Positions 29,815 to 40,807 of a stretch of 64,000 bases of DNA are shown here, piece after piece. Source of the DNA: Deltaproteobacteria bacterium (lineage in GTDB: Bacteria; Desulfobacterota; Desulfobacteria; Desulfobacterales; GCA-2748835). The first letter of the stretch is position 1. Each line of letters begins with the position of its first letter. The stretch is taken from contig PDTL01000026.1 in NCBI GenBank assembly GCA_002748835.1, positions 14,330-78,329 on the forward strand. The letters run 5' to 3'. Below the pieces are notes generated by a model. That model was not told the origin of the DNA. It saw nothing but the letters and a program-made list of their open reading frames with translations, and ran no database searches. The translations under genes and the position numbers were made by a program.

Positions 29815-32800
29815 TCAGATGATGCCGAGGTAACGCTTGGTCGATTCAACGAGTTTTTCACGATCGAGTTTGATCTGGTAATCGTCGATACCTACGCGCT
29901 GTCCGCGATCAATATCTTCCTGGCCTGCCAGGGATGTAAGAGCAATCACTGACAGGTGGTTGAATTTCGGGTTGCTTTTGATTTTATTTGTCAGTTGAAA
30001 TCCGTCCATGCGCGGCATTTCAAGGTCCGTTACAACGATGTCAATGGCCTCCGGTTGCTCTTCGAGAATTTCCAAGGCTTCCTGCCCGTCCGCAGCCGGA
30101 ATAACGGCAAAACCTTCTTCTTCCAGGAACCCTTTGACTTGATTCCGGAAGAATGCAGAATCTTCCGCAAAAAGAATTGTATATTCCTTGGTTTCACCGT
30201 TATCCTGGTCCGCTTGCGTTTCAGCGGTAAACCAGTCTGGATGAACGGTGCGCACCACGTCGAAAATGTCAACCATCAGGGTGGTGTGATCACCCACAAT
30301 AAGAGAGCCCATGATACCGGTCTGCCTGAGCGTTGAGTCGTCAATTTCAAGGGCCACTTCAACAGCATCCACCGGCGGTGTGACAATGAGTCCAATTTCA
30401 CGGCCGGCTACAGTGAAGACGATGACATCTCGTTGATCCTTTTCCGGAAGCGGCTTGACATTGGTGACCTCGCTCAGGTCGATGAGGGGAAGGCTGCCGC
30501 CCCTGTACTGAACAACTTTGCGACCACCAAGTGTTTCAATGTCAGCGGAATTGATACGCTCAATGCGTTCCACCAGATTGAGCAGGGCGGCAAAATGTTC
30601 ATTTTCAGCCACGCGGAACAGAAGCAAGGAAGCACGGTCTTTTCTGGCATCCTCAATTTCCCGGGCTTCTCTAGCCTTGCGCAGTTTGGATTCGGCTGAT
30701 TCGACCGTGGTGAGTTGCGCCATCTGGGCAAGGTTGGCCACATCCAGGATCAGGGCAACTTTGCCGTCTCCCATGATGGTGGCACCGGCGTAGCCTTTGC
30801 AATCCTTGAGATGGCGTCCCAAGGGCTTGACAACGATCTCTTCAGAATCGTTCAGGTCGTCGACAACCAGGCCGTAACGGAAGGTGCCGGCTGAAACCAC
30901 GGCAATGTTGATGGCACTGCTGGCATGGTACCGCCGGTCATGCAGGCTTCGTTCATTCTGGTTTGCGGTTACATCATCAGATGGAACCGGATCCGCGTCA
31001 TTTTTGGAACGTCTGTCTGCAATACGGGTTCGCCTGTCAGGCAGAATGTCGCCTGTTTCGGGATGGACAAAGGTGCGCTCGATGCCGAGCACTTCAGACA
31101 GGTTAAGCAGGGGCAGGAGATTTCCCCGAAGCCTTACGACTTCAGCACCGCCAACTTTTTCGATTTTATCCTTGACTTGGGCCGCAGGAATGCGAAGCAG
31201 TTCGTTCAGGTTCACCTGGGGAATGGCAAATCGCTCCTGACCCACGTTAATGATTTGACTGGGGATGATGGCCAGGGTGAGCGGGAGCTTGATATGGATC
31301 GTGGTCCCGGAGCCGACTTTGGAATCCAGCTCGACAATCCCACCCAAGTTATCTAGATTGGTTTTCACCACATCCATCCCCACACCGCGGCCGGAAACAT
31401 CCGAAATCTCTTTGGCGGTGGAAAACCCAGGAAGAAAGATCAAACCGATTTTATCTTGTTCGGAAAGGTGCCGCGCCTCTTTTTCGGTGATCAGCCCTTT
31501 GGAAAGGGCGGACTGCATCAGCTCGTCACCATTGAGCCCTTTACCGTCATCGGTGATTTCAATATTAACCTGACCGGCCTGGTGAAACGCACGCAGCCGG
31601 ATTTGGCCGATCGGGTCTTTCCCCATGGCCTTGCGGACATGGGGAGGCTCAATGCCATGATCTACGGCATTCCGGACAAGGTGGGTCAGCGGGTCGCTGA
31701 TGGATTCAATAATGGTTTTATCCAGCTCAACCTCTTTACCCTGCATGGACAAATCGACCTGCTTGCCCAGATTCCTGGCGAGATCTCTAACCACCCGGGT
31801 AAATTTATTGAAAATATTTGAAATCGGCTGCATGCGTGTGTACATGACCGCTTCCTGGAGCTCGGAAGTGATCATGTCGATACGCTGGCTGGCGGTTTCC
31901 AGGGTGCGTGTATTGTTTGATGTCAGGCTCTGGAGGAGCTGATTTCGGCTGAGGACCAGCTCGCCAGCCAGATTCATGAGGGTGTCCAGAAGATTCACAT
32001 TTACCCGGAGGGAGGTCTGCTGGTTTTTGGACGGCCTACTGTCTTGAAGTACGGCAGCTTCCATCCAGTCTGCTTTGTTTTTCTGGGGAGCTGGGTTGGC
32101 AGCATTCGCCTGTGACAACGGGGCAGAGGGCGCAGCTGTAACACCCGTTTCTGCCACGGGCGGAAGGTCGGGTTCCGGATCCGGAAGGATCGGGTCGGGG
32201 ATGTCCGTCACGTCCGGCGGCATGTCCTTTGTTGCCTCAACCGACAGCGTTGTATCCGATTCCGGGATCTCATCCTTGGTGGCCTCTTCGATCGCTTCCA
32301 GCGAGGGAATGTCGTAGCGCGCGGTGTCAATCTGGAAAATTTGCTTTTCGTCTAATTCTACGAGCGCATGTGCCATATCCGGCTCAATGATCGACGCGAA
32401 TACCACAAGAAACGGGATGTTGACAGGATCTGGGGTCTCCAGTGTGCCGACAGCCTCAAGGTCGACCCTGGCATCAATGATGATACCGCTGGAGAGGAGG
32501 ACGGCAATGACATCCAGGGGCGTTTTATTTTTCTGGTGGATGTCGGCGATCAGATCATATTCAATGATATAGACAAATTTCCCCTGCTTCACCGCCTGTT
32601 GAAGGTCAAACTGCTTCACGGAAAAGACAGTTCCGGTGGGCGGATGAATCACGTCCACGTGCGTTGAGACGCTTTCTTTGTCTGATTCCGAGGGGACCGT
32701 GAGGGCCTCAAGGGATGTGACATACGCGGCAATGTCGATGTCATTGCTTGTCTCAATGGCGTTGATCAGTTCTCTAAGCTTGTCAAAACTGTTTAAGAGG

Positions 32801-33075
32801 GTGCTGATGATTTCAGGGCCCGGCACCAGCTCGCGGCTGCGAATCAGCCCGAGAATATTTTCAAGATGATGCGCAAGATCCTTTATGGTGGTCAAACCCA
32901 TAAATCCGGCGCCGCCCTTGATGGAATGCGCGGCCCTGAACACATTGTTCACAAGGTCTTCATCAATATTGGCGCCAGCACCTTCAATGGCAAGCAGATC
33001 GGTTTCGATATCTGCGAGGTGCTCCAAGGATTCGTCCATGTACATGCGCAAGGTTTCGTCATCTTCAAAAATCAT
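29815..33075 (-). CDS. cheA: Hybrid CheA (Hpt-P2-dimer-HATPase-CheW-CheW-REC)
   Basis: FRAAHSIKG, HLVRNAVDHG, SGRGVGMDVV, C-terminal REC (D..MP.MDG); AGGAGG before ATG 33075. Confidence 0.95.
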   Translation of the reverse strand: MIFEDDETLRMYMDESLEHLADIETDLLAIEGAGANIDEDLVNNVFRAAHSIKGGAGFMGLTTIKDLAHHLENILGLIRSRELVPGPEIISTLLNSFDKLRELINAIETSNDIDIAAYVTSLEALTVPSESDKESVSTHVDVIHPPTGTVFSVKQFDLQQAVKQGKFVYIIEYDLIADIHQKNKTPLDVIAVLLSSGIIIDARVDLEAVGTLETPDPVNIPFLVVFASIIEPDMAHALVELDEKQIFQIDTARYDIPSLEAIEEATKDEIPESDTTLSVEATKDMPPDVTDIPDPILPDPEPDLPPVAETGVTAAPSAPLSQANAANPAPQKNKADWMEAAVLQDSRPSKNQQTSLRVNVNLLDTLMNLAGELVLSRNQLLQSLTSNNTRTLETASQRIDMITSELQEAVMYTRMQPISNIFNKFTRVVRDLARNLGKQVDLSMQGKEVELDKTIIESISDPLTHLVRNAVDHGIEPPHVRKAMGKDPIGQIRLRAFHQAGQVNIEITDDGKGLNGDELMQSALSKGLITEKEARHLSEQDKIGLIFLPGFSTAKEISDVSGRGVGMDVVKTNLDNLGGIVELDSKVGSGTTIHIKLPLTLAIIPSQIINVGQERFAIPQVNLNELLRIPAAQVKDKIEKVGGAEVVRLRGNLLPLLNLSEVLGIERTFVHPETGDILPDRRTRIADRRSKNDADPVPSDDVTANQNERSLHDRRYHASSAINIAVVSAGTFRYGLVVDDLNDSEEIVVKPLGRHLKDCKGYAGATIMGDGKVALILDVANLAQMAQLTTVESAESKLRKAREAREIEDARKDRASLLLFRVAENEHFAALLNLVERIERINSADIETLGGRKVVQYRGGSLPLIDLSEVTNVKPLPEKDQRDVIVFTVAGREIGLIVTPPVDAVEVALEIDDSTLRQTGIMGSLIVGDHTTLMVDIFDVVRTVHPDWFTAETQADQDNGETKEYTILFAEDSAFFRNQVKGFLEEEGFAVIPAADGQEALEILEEQPEAIDIVVTDLEMPRMDGFQLTNKIKSNPKFNHLSVIALTSLAGQEDIDRGQRVGIDDYQIKLDREKLVESTKRYLGII

Positions 33076-33174
33076 GGGAGGCCTCCTAAGAAATGCGCAT
33101 CCAAATGCGTCAGGGTGAAATCCGCTGAGTGAAAGCATGCAAAAAGAATGAGTTGCGGGAACTAAAACATACCT

Positions 33175-33203
33175 ATCTTATCAAAGGATTTGGTGAAAGT
33201 CAA
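33175..33203 (-). promoter_or_regulatory. sigma70-type promoter upstream of cheA
   Basis: TTGACT-N17-TAAGAT on the minus strand. Confidence 0.55.
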
Positions 33204-33296
33204 ATATAGCTTGCGGTTTCAGACAAAATTTGGCGGATAGTCCGGGCCGTGCCGGCGTTCTGTCGAAAAAGGGGCGAAATTGCCGAGCTTATCCCG

Positions 33297-34520
33297 TCAA
33301 CTGCCGGCAGCAGCTGTGCGGATGAGGTCGTTTTCAGATACCGGCGAATGAAACCTTATCCGTGCAAACGTGTTGGGCTGAGCTGCTTCAACCGGGGTTC
33401 CGTCATCCGAGAGGAGTTGCTCGACCCGGTCGGTGCGGGATGGCCCGTCAACGCCGAGGATGTTGACCGCCATGCCAGGAGAGATTTTGTTGCGCACCTG
33501 GACCCGGGCCTGGTTGTCTGCGAGGGGGGTGATCACTTTTCCGAGAAAGGTCAGCACAGAATTGGGTTTTTTGTTTTCGATATTGGCGTCAACAGCCTCT
33601 GTTTCGTTGTAGTAGAAGCCCGTACTGTAAAGTCGGTGCTGCACATGGCTGAGTTCTTCGATCCAGGCGGGATCGGTCTGATACGTGTCTGGGGCCGCCT
33701 GGTAACGGTCAAGGGCTTCTCTGTAAACTTTGACGGCGGAAGCCAGGTAATTGATCCCTTTCATCCGCCCTTCGATTTTCAGGGCGCGAACCCCTGTACG
33801 AACCAGCTCCGGGATATGGGCAATCATGCAGATGTCACGGGTGTTGAACAGGTAAAGACCTCGGTTATCTTCGGTGACAGGTATATATTCTCCGGGCCGC
33901 TGCGATTCCACTAGGTAGTATTGCCAGCGGCAGGGATGGGCGCACATGCCGCGGTTTCCGTCGCGGCCGGCCATGAAGCTGCTGAGCAGGCAGCGACCCG
34001 AATAGGCCATGCACGCGGCGCCATGGACAAACACTTCCACGTCAATATCCGACTGACGGACACAGTCGGTAATTTCGGCTAGTGATAACTCCCGGGCCGC
34101 ATTGATGCGTGAAATCCCGGCGTTCTGCCAGAACTGGATGGCCCGCCTGTTTGTGGTATTGGCTTGGGTGCTCAGGTGGAGGGGGATGTGGGGGGCAATG
34201 CGCTGTGCCTCCAGAATGATGCCGGGATCCGCGACAATCAGCGCATCGGGACCGATGTCGGCCAGTGCGGCAAGATAATCTGAAATGCCCGCGAGATCTG
34301 ATTCCCGCGCGTAAATATTGCAGGCCACATAGACAAAAACGCCTCGATCATGTGCATAGGAAACGGCGGTTTCGATCTGGTCAAGGCTGAAATTGCCGGA
34401 ATAATTTCGCAGGGAGAAATCGGTTCCTCCGAGGTAGACAGCATCCGCACCGTAATGGACAGCAATCTGGAGTTTTTCCATATTGCCGGCAGGCGCCAGC
34501 AGTTCGGGGCGTTTATGCAT
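33297..34520 (-). CDS. U32 family peptidase (TrhP/YegQ-like tRNA hydroxylation protein)
   Basis: ELLAPAG, HLSTQ, E.FVHGA.C..YSGRC, N.G.C...CR, KIEGR. Confidence 0.9.
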   Translation of the reverse strand: MHKRPELLAPAGNMEKLQIAVHYGADAVYLGGTDFSLRNYSGNFSLDQIETAVSYAHDRGVFVYVACNIYARESDLAGISDYLAALADIGPDALIVADPGIILEAQRIAPHIPLHLSTQANTTNRRAIQFWQNAGISRINAARELSLAEITDCVRQSDIDVEVFVHGAACMAYSGRCLLSSFMAGRDGNRGMCAHPCRWQYYLVESQRPGEYIPVTEDNRGLYLFNTRDICMIAHIPELVRTGVRALKIEGRMKGINYLASAVKVYREALDRYQAAPDTYQTDPAWIEELSHVQHRLYSTGFYYNETEAVDANIENKKPNSVLTFLGKVITPLADNQARVQVRNKISPGMAVNILGVDGPSRTDRVEQLLSDDGTPVEAAQPNTFARIRFHSPVSENDLIRTAAAGS

Positions 34521-34538
34521 TATCTATACTTTCAGCAG

Positions 34539-34613
34539 TGGTGCCCCCGGCAGGAATCGAACCTGCGCACAAGGATTAGGAATCCTATGCTCTATCCACT
34601 GAGCTACGGGGGC
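34539..34613 (-). tRNA. tRNA-Arg(CCU)
   Basis: Cloverleaf, anticodon loop TTCCTAA, encoded CCA. Confidence 0.95.
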
Positions 34614-34849
34614 AAGAATACGGGAGTTACTTAACAGAGACCCTGAAAAAAAACAAGTGGGAATCGATTCCGGGTCAGTGCGGAAAGGTATTTTCAGGTT
34701 GTTTTTGGTTGCTGTTTGATGGTACATAGCTTAGATACAAAACAAAACACAGGCCAGGCGTTTGCGCGCTGGATCGGATATGAACAGGGGGAATATCTGC
34801 TAGACAGGTAACCGATTTTCATAATGGCTGGAACCGCCAGGGAGAAGCG

Positions 34850-35095
34850 ATGAAGTTAGCAAAGGAAAGTCGACGGATCGTTGTAAAAACCACCGATGGA
34901 TCGACCATCACCGGAAATGTGAATCTGAACAGCGAAACTCGGCGGATTGACCGGGTAAGTGATCTGCTGACAAAGGGGCAGTCTCCGTTTCTGGTCATGT
35001 ACGAAGCCATGTTTGAAGGGCGACTGAATCCGTATATGATCGTAAACAAGATGCAGATCGTCTGGGTCACCTCGGATGAAGTATTTGACGATTGA
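34850..35095 (+). CDS. Small conserved-looking hypothetical protein
   Basis: GGAG RBS; I.G..NL....R.SDLL....PFL..........VNK..I.WV pattern. Confidence 0.7.
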   Translation: MKLAKESRRIVVKTTDGSTITGNVNLNSETRRIDRVSDLLTKGQSPFLVMYEAMFEGRLNPYMIVNKMQIVWVTSDEVFDD

Positions 35096-35150
35096 TCTGA
35101 AGTGGGGCCGCGGGCTGGCCTGCGCCGTTTAGCCGTGTAATCAAGGCAGG

Positions 35151-35185
35151 GGCAGGGTGACGCATGTGCGTCGCCCTGCCTTTTT
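35151..35185 (+). terminator. Intrinsic terminator between convergent genes
   Basis: GGCAGGGTGACGC/GCGTCGCCCTGCC stem followed by T5. Confidence 0.8.
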
Positions 35186-37022
35186 ATTTGATATGGAGTT
35201 CCTGGCCGGGATAAATCGTGCTCGATTTGGACAGGTTGTTAAGTCTGAGCAGGCGTTTGAGGGGGATGTTGTGTGCTTTTGCAATGGAATACGGACTGTC
35301 TCCCTGTCTGACCGTATAGCGGGTATGGGCGTCGATGTCTGCCGAGGGGATACGGAGCTTCTGGCCAACGCGCAGGGCGGAGCTGCGCAGACTGTTGAGT
35401 TCCTGTATCCGCCTGACGGTTGTATGGTACTGCTTGGCGAGCTGCCAGAGGGAATCTCCTTTGCGTACCGTATGGGTTTTGGGGTTTTGTCTCGGGGGGA
35501 TGGGGTGTGCCGTGTGGGCCGCTGTGCGTCCGGGTATTTTCAGCAGCTGACCGGCGACGATCAGGTTGCGCCGGGTAATGTTGTTGGCGCGTGCCAGCGA
35601 GGCGGCGCTGACGCGGTACTTCCGGGCAATGGTCGAGAGGGCTTCACCGGATCTGACCCGATGGTAGCGAAAGGATTTTTGTGGTGGCCGGGAGGTTGGA
35701 ATCGCGGCAATGACCTGTTCCAGGGTGGCTTTGGTGCCAGTGGGAACGCGGAGCCGGTATTCCGCGTCCGGAAGAATATCATAGCGTAATTCCGGGTTCA
35801 GGTTCTTGAGGGTGCGCAGGTCCGTGTGCAGCGCAGACGCAATACCGTTGAGGTGCACCTGTCTGTTTACAGTGACGTTGTCAAAGGACCAGGGTGTGTC
35901 TGGCTGAATTTCGGAAAAACCGTATGCACCAAGATCGGAGACAATGTGAAGGGTGGCGATGAACTTCGGGACATACTGGGCGGTTTCCCGTGGCAGACGG
36001 GAATAGAGGTCCCAGAATCCGTCTAAGTAATTGATGTTCTGGGAACGGATGATACGGAGAACGCGATTTTCGCCGCAATTATAGGCTGCCAGCGCCGTAA
36101 ACCAGTCCCCAAAAATTTGGTGGAGTTCTTTCAGGTAGGCGATAGCGGCGCGTGTGGCCTTCTCGGGATCCAGACGTTCGTCAACCAGCAGATCCCGCTT
36201 GAGTCCGTATTTATAGCCGGTGGACGGAATAAACTGCCAGATTCCGAGGGCCCGTGCCTTGGAAAGTGCCGTTGTTTTGAATCCGCTTTCGATCAGGGGC
36301 AGCCACGCGAGTTCTTCAGGCAGGCCGGCTGCCTTGAGTTCCTTTAATATATAGGGACGAAATTGCCCGGACCGTTTGAGAGACTGCGCAAAAAAAGATC
36401 GCTTCGGTCCGGTGAACCGCTTGATTTCCGCTTTTACAAACGCGTTCATCACCCGTGGAATTGGGGTATGCGTGCCGTTCGCGCCCAGGTTGCGGGAGGC
36501 ATAGATCTCCATGATTCGTTTTGAAATCATGAAGCGCAGATCCTCTTTTTGCTGGGAAATGGCTTCCGAATTTTTTCCTGTGGTTTTCAGGAGGGCCGCA
36601 TAGGCCTGGTCAAGAACCTGAAGCGCACTGTCCACATCACCGTTTTGCCAGTAGGTCTGGGAGATCTGGCAGAGGTCAATGGCCTGGTCGCAGAGGGCCT
36701 GAAGGTCGTCGATGGATGGTTCAGGTTCGGGTGCAGGATCCTTTACCGGTTCAGGTTCAGAATGAGCGGCAGTCGGGGGAATGGGGGCTGCCGGTTGAAG
36801 ATAATCTGGTCGCTCAGTCGGCATGGGTGCGTCGAGCGGTGCTTCAGCAGACGTCGGCGAGGACGGAGCCGTTGTCGGCGGTTGAAGGAGGCGTGTGATG
36901 GGCAGGCAGCCAGTGAGGATGATAAAGAAAAATATGGCGGATGGCAGCAAGCACTGCCATAGGGGCGTCGATTGATTCGGATGTGCGGGTAAACGGTATA
37001 AATAGATACGGGTAATACGCAT
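35184..37022 (-). CDS. MltD-like lytic transglycosylase with LysM repeats
   Basis: LP.IESGF, GIWQF, LAAYN.GE, ET..YV, three C-terminal LysM motifs; start uncertain. Confidence 0.9.
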   Translation of the reverse strand: MRITRIYLYRLPAHPNQSTPLWQCLLPSAIFFFIILTGCLPITRLLQPPTTAPSSPTSAEAPLDAPMPTERPDYLQPAAPIPPTAAHSEPEPVKDPAPEPEPSIDDLQALCDQAIDLCQISQTYWQNGDVDSALQVLDQAYAALLKTTGKNSEAISQQKEDLRFMISKRIMEIYASRNLGANGTHTPIPRVMNAFVKAEIKRFTGPKRSFFAQSLKRSGQFRPYILKELKAAGLPEELAWLPLIESGFKTTALSKARALGIWQFIPSTGYKYGLKRDLLVDERLDPEKATRAAIAYLKELHQIFGDWFTALAAYNCGENRVLRIIRSQNINYLDGFWDLYSRLPRETAQYVPKFIATLHIVSDLGAYGFSEIQPDTPWSFDNVTVNRQVHLNGIASALHTDLRTLKNLNPELRYDILPDAEYRLRVPTGTKATLEQVIAAIPTSRPPQKSFRYHRVRSGEALSTIARKYRVSAASLARANNITRRNLIVAGQLLKIPGRTAAHTAHPIPPRQNPKTHTVRKGDSLWQLAKQYHTTVRRIQELNSLRSSALRVGQKLRIPSADIDAHTRYTVRQGDSPYSIAKAHNIPLKRLLRLNNLSKSSTIYPGQELHIK

Positions 37023-37305
37023 GTCGATCTCTGGTGTCTTTGATTGAAAAGTTAATAAAGCTAATAAATTTAGATAGATGCGCTCTTATCCTTCGCTGTT
37101 TAAAGATGAGAGTATGCTTGCGTTGCAGGATCTGTCAAGTGTTTCTTGAGGCTGGATTTGCAGGGACGCATGAAAAAAAATGACGTGCGGTAAAAAAATG
37201 CTTGTAATGGAAGATGAATCGGGGTATACAGCAGTCTCGTTTGAGGGCGCGACGTCAAATATATGTTGACAATGTGCTTTTTTTTTGATGTTATTTAAAA
37301 ATTAT

Positions 37306-37381
37306 GCCAACGTAGCTCAGCTGGTAGAGCCACTGATTTGTAATCAGTTTGTCGGGGGTTCGAATCCCTTCGTTGGCTCCA
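37306..37381 (+). tRNA. tRNA-Thr(UGU)
   Basis: Cloverleaf, loop TTTGTAA, CCA. Confidence 0.95.
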
Positions 37382-37398
37382 TTAGCAAAAAAAAATGC

Positions 37399-37483
<85 letters not shown>

Positions 37484-37552
37484 GTCATAAGGCGCTGCAT
37501 GTAGGAGGCAACTGCCGACGCGACTACATGTTAGGCTGTGTATATTGGCGAT

Positions 37553-37628
37553 GCGGGAGTAGCTCAGTTGGCAGAGCTTCAGCCTTCCAAGCTGAAAGTC
37601 GCGAGTTCGAACCTCGTCTCCCGCTCCA
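37553..37628 (+). tRNA. tRNA-Gly(UCC)
   Basis: Loop CTTCCAA, CCA. Confidence 0.95.
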
Positions 37629-37682
37629 GTGAATGCTGATTGTGCGAATCGCGGATCAAGCAGCGCACGAAATGACCCCTAC

Positions 37683-37759
37683 GCCCACGTAGCTCAGTCG
37701 GTAGAGCGCATCCTTGGTAAGGATGAGGTTCATCAGTTCGATTCTGATCGTGGGCTCCA
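37683..37759 (+). tRNA. tRNA-Thr(GGU)
   Basis: Loop TTGGTAA, CCA. Confidence 0.95.
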
Positions 37760-37869
37760 TTCATTTCGGAAATGAAGACGTGTTGGCAGCGCTGAAAAAC
37801 GATTGACCGTGTCATTCGCAATTTTTTTTGAAACCGATCAAAAAACAATAAGGGTAGGAGGATGAGGAG

Positions 37870-39060
37870 ATGGCGAAAGAGAAGTTCGAACGAACGAAGC
37901 CGCATGTGAACGTTGGTACGATTGGGCATATCGACCACGGTAAAACCACGTTGACTGCTGCGATCACAAAGCAGAACGCTCTGAAGGGTCGCGGTGATTT
38001 CGTTGCGTTTGACAAGATTGACAAGGCACCGGAAGAACGTGAACGCGGCATCACCATCTCAACCGCTCACGTCGAGTATGAAACTGACAATCGACATTAC
38101 GCCCATGTGGATTGCCCTGGTCATGCTGACTACATTAAGAACATGATCACCGGCGCAGCCCAGATGGACGGTTCCATTCTGGTTGTGTCTGCTGATGACG
38201 GCCCCATGCCCCAGACGCGCGAACACATCCTTCTGGCCCGCCAGGTGGGTGTTCCCCGTATCGTTGTCTTTTTGAACAAGTGTGACATGGTCGATGATGA
38301 AGAGCTGATTGAGCTCGTTGAAATGGAGCTGCTCGAACTGCTGGAAAGCTATGAATATCCGGGAGATACACCGATCATCCGCGGCAGCGCCTTAAAGGCC
38401 CTGGAATCTGATGATCCCGCGTCACCGGAAGCCCAGTGCATCTTTGAACTCATGGATGCCTGCGACTCCTACATTCCGGAGCCGGTGCGCGACGTTGACA
38501 AGACCTTTTTGATGCCCATTGAAGACGTGTTCTCTATCTCCGGTCGGGGTACCGTCGTTACCGGACGTGTCGAGCGCGGTGTCATCAAGGTGGGTGAAGA
38601 AGTTGAGATCGTCGGTATCCGCGAAACCGCCAAGACCGTATGCACCGGTGTCGAGATGTTTCGGAAGCTGCTGGATGAAGGTCAGGCCGGTGACAACGTC
38701 GGTCTTCTGCTCCGCGGTACCAAGCGTGATGAAGTTGAACGCGGCCAGGTCGTTGCCAAACCGGGCAGCATTACCCCGCACAAGAGCTTCAAAGCGGAAA
38801 TCTATGTACTGAGTAAGGAAGAGGGGGGGCGTCATACGCCGTTCTTTACCGGTTATCGTCCCCAGTTTTTCTTCCGGACCACAGACGTTACTGGTGTTCT
38901 GAATCTGCCGGAAGGTGTGGAGATGATCATGCCGGGTGATAACGTCACCATCACAGCTGAACTGATTGCACCGATTGCCATGGAAAAAGAGCTCCGGTTC
39001 GCTATCCGTGAAGGCGGCCGTACCGTCGGCGCCGGTGTTGTCGGTGAAATCATCGAATAG
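37870..39060 (+). CDS. tuf: Elongation factor Tu
   Basis: [22 protein letters not shown]. Confidence 0.98.
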   Translation: MAKEKFERTKPHVNVGTIGHIDHGKTTLTAAITKQNALKGRGDFVAFDKIDKAPEERERGITISTAHVEYETDNRHYAHVDCPGHADYIKNMITGAAQMDGSILVVSADDGPMPQTREHILLARQVGVPRIVVFLNKCDMVDDEELIELVEMELLELLESYEYPGDTPIIRGSALKALESDDPASPEAQCIFELMDACDSYIPEPVRDVDKTFLMPIEDVFSISGRGTVVTGRVERGVIKVGEEVEIVGIRETAKTVCTGVEMFRKLLDEGQAGDNVGLLLRGTKRDEVERGQVVAKPGSITPHKSFKAEIYVLSKEEGGRHTPFFTGYRPQFFFRTTDVTGVLNLPEGVEMIMPGDNVTITAELIAPIAMEKELRFAIREGGRTVGAGVVGEIIE

Positions 39061-39071
39061 GGAGGCGGCAA

Positions 39072-39221
39072 GTGAGGGTCAATATCACGCTTGCGTGCAC
39101 AGCATGCAAGCGACGCAACTATACCACGACCAAAAACAAGCGGACCACGCCGGATAAGCTTGAATTTAAAAAGTATTGCCGGTTTTGCGGTAAGCATGTT
39201 GTTCACCGGGAAACCAAGTAG
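39072..39221 (+). CDS. rpmG: 50S ribosomal protein L33 (zinc-ribbon type)
   Basis: GTG start; [24 protein letters not shown]...KYCRFCGKH. Confidence 0.93.
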   Translation: MRVNITLACTACKRRNYTTTKNKRTTPDKLEFKKYCRFCGKHVVHRETK

Positions 39222-39257
39222 GTCGTTGATCAGTTCATTGGCAGGAGTTGACGACGT

Positions 39258-39334
39258 AGGCCAGTAGCTCCAATTGGCAGAGCGCCGGACTCCAAATCCG
39301 GATGTTGGGGGTTCGACTCCCTCCTGGCCTGCCA
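39258..39334 (+). tRNA. tRNA-Trp(CCA)
   Basis: Loop CTCCAAA, CCA; canonical position before secE. Confidence 0.95.
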
Positions 39335-39401
39335 CAGATAATAAGTTGAGCCGATTGCGTTTTGCGGTCGGCTCAACTTTAGTTTAGCGATTGGGTAAAC
39401 T

Positions 39402-39791
39402 ATGGCGCGAATGCAACGGAAAAAAACTGAGGCTGAAAAGAAACGCAAGAAGAAGGCGCCTCTATCTGACAGTAATGCTGCAGCATCAGATACATCCCAT
39501 TCAGAGGCTGTCGTTTCGAACCCTGTGGCGCCGTCTGAAAAACGCAAACCGATTCAGCCGTCGAGGCCTGCTGCATCCGCTACTACCTCGATTTTTGAAG
39601 GTGACGGAAAGATCGCGCAATGGGTTGAATTTCTGCGCGAAGTGAAGATCGAGCTGGGAAAGGTGGTCTGGCCCACTCGGAAACAGACGGTTGGATCAAC
39701 GGTTGTGGTCATTATACTGGTGATGCTGCTGTCGGCTTTTTTAGGCGCGGTCGACGTGTGTCTGTCGTGGGCGATGCAGTTGTTCATCTAA
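39402..39791 (+). CDS. secE: Preprotein translocase SecE
   Basis: FLREVK.EL.KVVWPTR plus one TM; long polar N-terminal extension. Confidence 0.93.
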   Translation: MARMQRKKTEAEKKRKKKAPLSDSNAAASDTSHSEAVVSNPVAPSEKRKPIQPSRPAASATTSIFEGDGKIAQWVEFLREVKIELGKVVWPTRKQTVGSTVVVIILVMLLSAFLGAVDVCLSWAMQLFI

Positions 39792-39804
39792 CTAGGGGGC
39801 GGGC

Positions 39805-40335
39805 ATGTCACGAAAATGGTATGTGGTCCACGTCTATTCCGGTTTTGAATCCAAGGTGAAGATCAGTTTGGAAGATCGGATCCGTAACTCTCCGCATCCG
39901 GAAAAATTCGGTGAAGTACTGGTGCCGACCGAGCAGGTGGTCGAGTTGGTAAAAGGGAAGAAAAAAGAATCTTCCCGGAAGTTCTATCCGGGCTATATCC
40001 TGGTGAATCTGCATCTGGACGATGAGACCTGGCATATTGTGACCAATACCGCCAAGGTGACCGGATTTCTTGGGGGCGGAAACCGCCCGACACCCATAAC
40101 GGAAGAAGAGGCGAACCGGATTCTCAACCGGATGGAAGAGGGGAAACAGAAACCGCAGCCGAAATACTTTTTTGAGACCGGTGATGAAGTTCGCGTGATA
40201 GACGGCCCGTTCACCAATTTCAACGGAACTGTTGAAGAGGTGAGCCCGGAGAAAGGGAAAATCAAGGTACTGGTGAGTATCTTCGGCCGTCCCACACCTG
40301 TGGAGCTTGAGTTCGTTCAGGTTACTAAATTATAG
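39805..40335 (+). CDS. nusG: Transcription factor NusG
   Basis: WYVVH.YSG.E, PGY, KOW motif GPF..F.G.V. Confidence 0.97.
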   Translation: MSRKWYVVHVYSGFESKVKISLEDRIRNSPHPEKFGEVLVPTEQVVELVKGKKKESSRKFYPGYILVNLHLDDETWHIVTNTAKVTGFLGGGNRPTPITEEEANRILNRMEEGKQKPQPKYFFETGDEVRVIDGPFTNFNGTVEEVSPEKGKIKVLVSIFGRPTPVELEFVQVTKL

Positions 40336-40360
40336 GATAAGGATCAGGAGCGTTAGACTG

Positions 40361-40783
40361 ATGGCAAAAAAAGTAATGGCAATGATAAAACTGCAGGTCG
40401 CAGCTGGTAAAGCGAATCCGTCGCCTCCGATTGGTCCGGCATTGGGTCAGCACGGCGTGAACATCATGGATTTTTGCAAGGCGTTCAATGCCCGTACGCA
40501 GAATGACGCGGGTATGATCATTCCTGTTGTGATTACCGTTTATCAGGATCGTACGTTTACATTTGTTACCAAAACTCCGCCGGCAGCGGTTCTTTTGAAA
40601 AAAGCGGCCAAGATCGAATCAGGTGCTCATGATCCGAAGCGCGAAAAGGTCGGCAAGGTGACCCGTGCACAGGTTGAAGAGATTGCCGAACTGAAGAAAC
40701 CGGACCTGAACTCGAACGATCTGGAAGCAGCTGTGAAGATCATCTCGGGAACTGCCAGAAGCATGGGCATTGAGGTCGTTTAA
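40361..40783 (+). CDS. rplK: 50S ribosomal protein L11
   Basis: [27 protein letters not shown]. Confidence 0.97.
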   Translation: MAKKVMAMIKLQVAAGKANPSPPIGPALGQHGVNIMDFCKAFNARTQNDAGMIIPVVITVYQDRTFTFVTKTPPAAVLLKKAAKIESGAHDPKREKVGKVTRAQVEEIAELKKPDLNSNDLEAAVKIISGTARSMGIEVV

Positions 40784-40807
40784 CATATAAGGAGCGAGTG
40801 GGTTAAA

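Noticed and set aside
34539-34613. tRNA 3' ends (Arg, Gln) as integration sites
   Set aside because: No duplicated tRNA 3' fragment or integrase seen; neighbours are host-like genes
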